A stretch of DNA of 21,688 nucleotides from Pseudothermotoga sp. (GTDB taxonomy: Bacteria > Thermotogota > Thermotogae > Thermotogales > DSM-5069). Positions within the stretch are counted from its first letter, which is position 1, and the number at the start of each line of letters is the position of its first letter. Position numbers and translations under genes: made by a program. Shown here in pieces: positions 18,050 through 21,688 of the stretch. The notes beneath the pieces were generated by a model. That model was not told the DNA's origin and did no database searches. It was given only the letters and a program-made list of their open reading frames with translations. Location: the NCBI GenBank assembly GCA_031962025.1, contig JAVRKW010000001.1; one strand, given 5' to 3'.

Positions 18050-18946
18050 TCACCACTCCAATTTCTTCTTTTCTTTTCCATAGAAATAGAGCACAAACAG
18101 GGTAGCTATGTAAGGAATCATTGCAGCAAATTGTGGAGCTAATTTGTAATGTTGCATTATCAATCCAATGCTCTCAAATAAACCAAAAACCAGCGACAAA
18201 GCGAGAATTGCGATTGGTCGCCCCTTTACGAGTATGATTATCGCTAAGGAAATCCATCCCCGACCATTTGACATGTTTTCGCTGAAGAGTGTAACATACC
18301 CCAATGAAAGATACACACCAGCCAAAGAAGATAACAACCCGCACAGCACTGTAGCGAGTAACTTCATTCTGGTTGAGTTAATCCCGACTGATCTTGCAGT
18401 TTCCTGATCTTCACCTGTGGCTCTCAAATGTAAACCGAATTTGCTGTTGAAGATTATTATTTCCAGTGAAAACGCTGCTATAAATGCCAGGTAGAGTAAG
18501 AATGGATGAGCTGAAAAGATATTTCCAACAGGCTCAAAACGATCCAAAACTGGTATATTCCATTTCGGCAGAGGTACGATTTTGGGTGAGATCAGTGCTC
18601 CTTTCACTTTGAAGGTGCTCCGCAGGGCATAGGTAGTCCATCCCAGAGCGAGCATATTGATTCCTATACCCGTTATGAACTCGTCACAGCGCAGGTATAT
18701 CGCAAAAAGGGCAAACAACCCAGCCATGAACAAACCGCTCAGCAGGGCAAAGACGATACCAATCAGCCAGCTTCCAAAAAAATAGCTGCCGTAAACTGCA
18801 AAAAATGCCCCTGTCAGCATCATACCTTCCATGGCAATGTTGAAAATGTTGGCGTAATATGTAAACATACCACCCAGAGCAGCCAACATGATTGGTGTCG
18901 CACTGCTCAGGGTTGCTCTGAATATATGCAGAACCAAATCAACCAT
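18050..18946 (-). CDS. Nucleoside/sugar ABC transporter permease (BPD_transp_2)
   Basis: ATPIMLAALGG, NIAMEGMML, FGLHLRATGE, GRGWISLA and MIPY. Multiple transmembrane segments. Confidence 0.9.
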   Translation of the reverse strand: MVDLVLHIFRATLSSATPIMLAALGGMFTYYANIFNIAMEGMMLTGAFFAVYGSYFFGSWLIGIVFALLSGLFMAGLFALFAIYLRCDEFITGIGINMLALGWTTYALRSTFKVKGALISPKIVPLPKWNIPVLDRFEPVGNIFSAHPFLLYLAFIAAFSLEIIIFNSKFGLHLRATGEDQETARSVGINSTRMKLLATVLCGLLSSLAGVYLSLGYVTLFSENMSNGRGWISLAIIILVKGRPIAILALSLVFGLFESIGLIMQHYKLAPQFAAMIPYIATLFVLYFYGKEKKKLEW

Positions 18947-19994
18947 TCTTTTTCACAACCTTTCTCAACTTTGCCACAGACATTATCCTCTGACCGTAAT
19001 ACTCAATGGCGCTCCTGGTACCAACAACTGCCAGCACAATTACTGCTTCAAGGAATAAAATGAATTCTGATGGCACCGAAGTTTCAAATTCCATTCCTAT
19101 TGCACCATTTTTCAAAGCACCGAAGAAAATGCTATAAAATAGTGTTTCGATGATGTTATTGTTCGCAATGATTGCTATCATAACACCGTCCCAGCCGAAA
19201 TTTGCCCCTATGCCTTTCATAAACCTGTGCTGCGTACCACCAAGGATCAATAGAGCACCGGCAAGCCCAGAGAGAAATCCTGTGAAAAGCAAAACAAGAG
19301 TTGTGTTTGATTCGACAGAACAGCCGCCTATTTTTGCAAAGTTGATGTTGTGCCCCATCATTCTGAATTCATAACCGCGTCTTGTTTTTTTAGTATACCA
19401 GTATGAAATCAATACGGCAAAAATACCAACAAAGAAAGCTATGCTCAAACCGTTCACATCTGGCATGAAATAGATGCGTTTTATCATTTTCGTTGCAGGC
19501 ACATAAGCTTTCCTGTCCAGAAACGGGTAAGTCGCCAGGTAGGTGGTTAAATACTCTGCAATGAAGTTCAACATCAGCGTTGATATGAACTCGTCCATTC
19601 TGTAAAATCTTTTAAGCGCTGCCGCAATGCCAGCCCATAATGTTCCAGCAAATCCCCCAAGAACCACTAAAACTGTGATTCCAAGCCAAGTTGGGATGTC
19701 AAGATAAACCCCGAGTATCGCAGTTACAATGGCACCCATCAAAAGTTGACCGTGCTGCCCAAGGTTGACTACACCAGAATTAAAGGCTATGGCTGCAGAA
19801 ATACCGGTGAAGATAAGTGGTATTGCCGTGTTGAGTGTGGAAGAAAAGGAAAACCACGAACCCAAGCCATAGGTGTACAATGCCCGGTATGTATCCAACG
19901 GTGAATTTTTTTGTATTTTGATTAAAATAGCACATACCACAAAGGCAGAGATAATTGAAACAAATGAGATTACGATCCTTCGAAATACTCTCAA
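18939..19994 (-). CDS. Nucleoside/sugar ABC transporter permease (BPD_transp_2)
   Basis: PLIFTG, NLGQHGQ, EFISTLMLNF, GYEFRMMG, SGLAG and GWDG. TTG start in a TTGA overlap. Confidence 0.9.
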   Translation of the reverse strand: MRVFRRIVISFVSIISAFVVCAILIKIQKNSPLDTYRALYTYGLGSWFSFSSTLNTAIPLIFTGISAAIAFNSGVVNLGQHGQLLMGAIVTAILGVYLDIPTWLGITVLVVLGGFAGTLWAGIAAALKRFYRMDEFISTLMLNFIAEYLTTYLATYPFLDRKAYVPATKMIKRIYFMPDVNGLSIAFFVGIFAVLISYWYTKKTRRGYEFRMMGHNINFAKIGGCSVESNTTLVLLFTGFLSGLAGALLILGGTQHRFMKGIGANFGWDGVMIAIIANNNIIETLFYSIFFGALKNGAIGMEFETSVPSEFILFLEAVIVLAVVGTRSAIEYYGQRIMSVAKLRKVVKKNG

Positions 19995-21496
19995 CCCACT
20001 GCCCCCAGCATGTAATTTCCAATGGTATGAATATCGGTTTTGCTCGGATCAAGATGTGCTACGATCTGTCCATTTCTAATAACATAAAGCCTGTCTGATA
20101 GTTGCAGTAATTCATCAAGATCAGCCGAAATCAGAAGAACACCTTTCCCAGCGTTTCTCATTTGCAGTATCAAATACCGAATATATTCCGTAGAAGCAAT
20201 ATCCAGACCACGTGTTGGCTGGTCAAGTACGATCAGATCATATCCAAGTGAAAACTCCCTTGCAACAACGAGTTTTTGCTGGTTTCCTCCGGACAGAGCC
20301 ATTGGTTGTTCATTCAAATTTCTGTGAACAACTTCAAACTGTTCGGTTGCTTTTTTTGCGTAAGAACGAGCTTTTTTCCAGTCCATCGAGAACAAGCCTT
20401 TTTGAAATTCTTTTTTCAAATGATGCGTCATGATCAGATTTTCCAGTATAGTCGCTTTAAGAGCAAGACCGACGTATTTTCTGTCTTGAGGAACATAACA
20501 GATGTGTTTTCTTCTTTCTTTTATCGAAAGTTCTGTTACATCTACGTTGTTTACGATTATTCTTCCACCATCGGGTTTAATTGTACCGATAATACTCTGG
20601 ACGAGTTCGTACTGACCATTACCTTCTATCCCGGCTATGCCAACAATCTCACCAGATCTGACTGACAGATTTACATTTTTCAGTGCTTCTCTATTAGCCT
20701 TTCTAACGAGCAAATTTTCCACCAGTAAAATTTCTTCTTTCGGTTCTGACCGTGATTTTTGGATCTTTGAAGAGATAGGTTTACCGATCATCATCTTTGC
20801 GAGCTCATTCACATCAACGTTTTTGTTTTCAATAGTGGCAATCTTCTGGCCCTTCCTCAAAACTGTTATTCTGTCTGAGATCCTTAGAACTTCATCGAGC
20901 TTGTGACTTATGAAGACTATCGTTTTACCCTGGTGTTTGAGCCTGAAAATCTGCTCGAAGAGCTCATCAGATTCCTGAGGTGTTAAGACAGCTGTTGGTT
21001 CATCGAGAATCAAAAGATCCGCTTTTCTGTAGAGTTGTTTTATTATTTCTACCTTCTGTTGTGCCGCCACAGAGAGTTGAGATACGGGCAAATTTGAATC
21101 TATACCAAATCCGTATTTATCAATGATTCTTTGAACATACTCCGCGGCTTTTTTCCTGTTTACAAAACCCATTTTTGATATTTCCTGACCGAGCATCACA
21201 TTTTCGAAGACCTTAAACGACGGTATCAGCATGAATTCCTGATGAACCATACCTATACCGAGTTTCATAGCCTGTGAAGGATCGGATATCTGAACTTTTC
21301 TTCCATCGATCATTATTGTACCTGCTGAAGGTTTAATCATACCATAAAGGATTCTCATCAATGTAGACTTGCCAGCACCATTTTCACCGACAATGGAGTG
21401 AATCTCCCCTTTTTCAAGGGAAAGATCCACTCCGTTGAGAGCAACAACATCTGGTGGATAGACTTTGTATATTTTTATCATCTGAATATAAGCCAA
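19991..21496 (-). CDS. Nucleoside/sugar (CUT2) ABC transporter ATP-binding protein with two NBDs
   Basis: Walker A GENGAGKST, LILDEPT, ISHKL, LSGGNQQK and QPTRGLD. TTG 21496 lies 6 nt after GGAGGT. Confidence 0.94.
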   Translation of the reverse strand: MAYIQMIKIYKVYPPDVVALNGVDLSLEKGEIHSIVGENGAGKSTLMRILYGMIKPSAGTIMIDGRKVQISDPSQAMKLGIGMVHQEFMLIPSFKVFENVMLGQEISKMGFVNRKKAAEYVQRIIDKYGFGIDSNLPVSQLSVAAQQKVEIIKQLYRKADLLILDEPTAVLTPQESDELFEQIFRLKHQGKTIVFISHKLDEVLRISDRITVLRKGQKIATIENKNVDVNELAKMMIGKPISSKIQKSRSEPKEEILLVENLLVRKANREALKNVNLSVRSGEIVGIAGIEGNGQYELVQSIIGTIKPDGGRIIVNNVDVTELSIKERRKHICYVPQDRKYVGLALKATILENLIMTHHLKKEFQKGLFSMDWKKARSYAKKATEQFEVVHRNLNEQPMALSGGNQQKLVVAREFSLGYDLIVLDQPTRGLDIASTEYIRYLILQMRNAGKGVLLISADLDELLQLSDRLYVIRNGQIVAHLDPSKTDIHTIGNYMLGAVG

Positions 21497-21499
21497 ACT

Positions 21500-21688
21500 T
21501 TGACCTCCTCCCAATCCCCTAAATGGGATAGGATTCCCATTAAGGAGACTAGGCTTCCCGTTTCAACATGGTGTGACTTACCAGGATATAGGGATTGCCC
21601 CTAAATATCTTGGCAGTGGTTTCCCACTCCACGGGCTTTAATTCGGACCGGTCCAGCCCTACTGCTTTTAACATATTAATCGCAGAGT
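21500..21688 (-). mobile_element. Right end of an IS200/IS605-family element (extends beyond the window)
   Basis: Minus strand reads GAAT-CCTATCCCATTTAGGGGATTGGGA-GGAGG-TCAA: GAAT guide, imperfect hairpin with a bulged T, and TCAA cleavage site, the IS608-type right-end architecture. It lies directly downstream of a TnpB-like C-terminus. Confidence 0.8.
21549..21688 (-). CDS. tnpB: C-terminal 45 aa of a TnpB-like RNA-guided nuclease (5'-truncated by the window edge)
   Basis: Manual translation ...SAINMLKAVGLDRSELKPVEWETTAKIFRGNPYILVSHTMLKREA* resembles the TnpB tail (RDxNAAxNI ... GL..xELxPVE ... KQEA). Only the tail is visible. Confidence 0.75.
   Translation of the reverse strand, partial: SAINMLKAVGLDRSELKPVEWETTAKIFRGNPYILVSHTMLKREA

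Noticed and set aside
21500..21688. BMP substrate-binding protein 3' end plus terminator, or an IStron
   Set aside because: The peptide resembles a TnpB tail and the hairpin lacks a U tract. The end is TCAA rather than the terminal G needed for a group I 3' splice site.
1..21688. CRISPR array, tRNA or rRNA genes
   Set aside because: No periodic repeats or cloverleaf/rRNA signatures were seen, and the intergenic space is too small.

Overview
Gene-dense chromosomal window, probably from a Thermotogota bacterium (Pseudothermotoga-like; inferred from gene content and order). A minus-strand unit runs surE-def-fmt-rnpB (RNase P RNA)-truA-hypothetical-tlyA-exported hypothetical. A divergent plus-strand unit runs mnmG-rel-dtd-queH-hypothetical-RsbW-like anti-sigma/kinase-trmFO-DUF342/FapA-mannose-6-phosphate isomerase. 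These are followed by a convergent acpP and a minus-strand nucleoside/sugar ABC transporter (ATPase plus two permeases) with an ADP-ribosylglycohydrolase-family gene. The last ~190 nt are the tnpB 3' end and right end (GAAT-hairpin-TCAA) of an IS200/IS605-family element. Main observations: (1) three tRNA-handling genes (mnmG, dtd, trmFO) can make their conserved N-termini only from a non-canonical start, in each case a CTG with a well-spaced Shine-Dalgarno; (2) the IS right end lies 3 nt before the ABC ATPase start and supplies its RBS, so the predicted TnpB omega-RNA guide is the ATPase 5' end, and its first 11 nt recur exactly in the downstream hydrolase gene; (3) one gene appears to use a hairpin-bridged split RBS.
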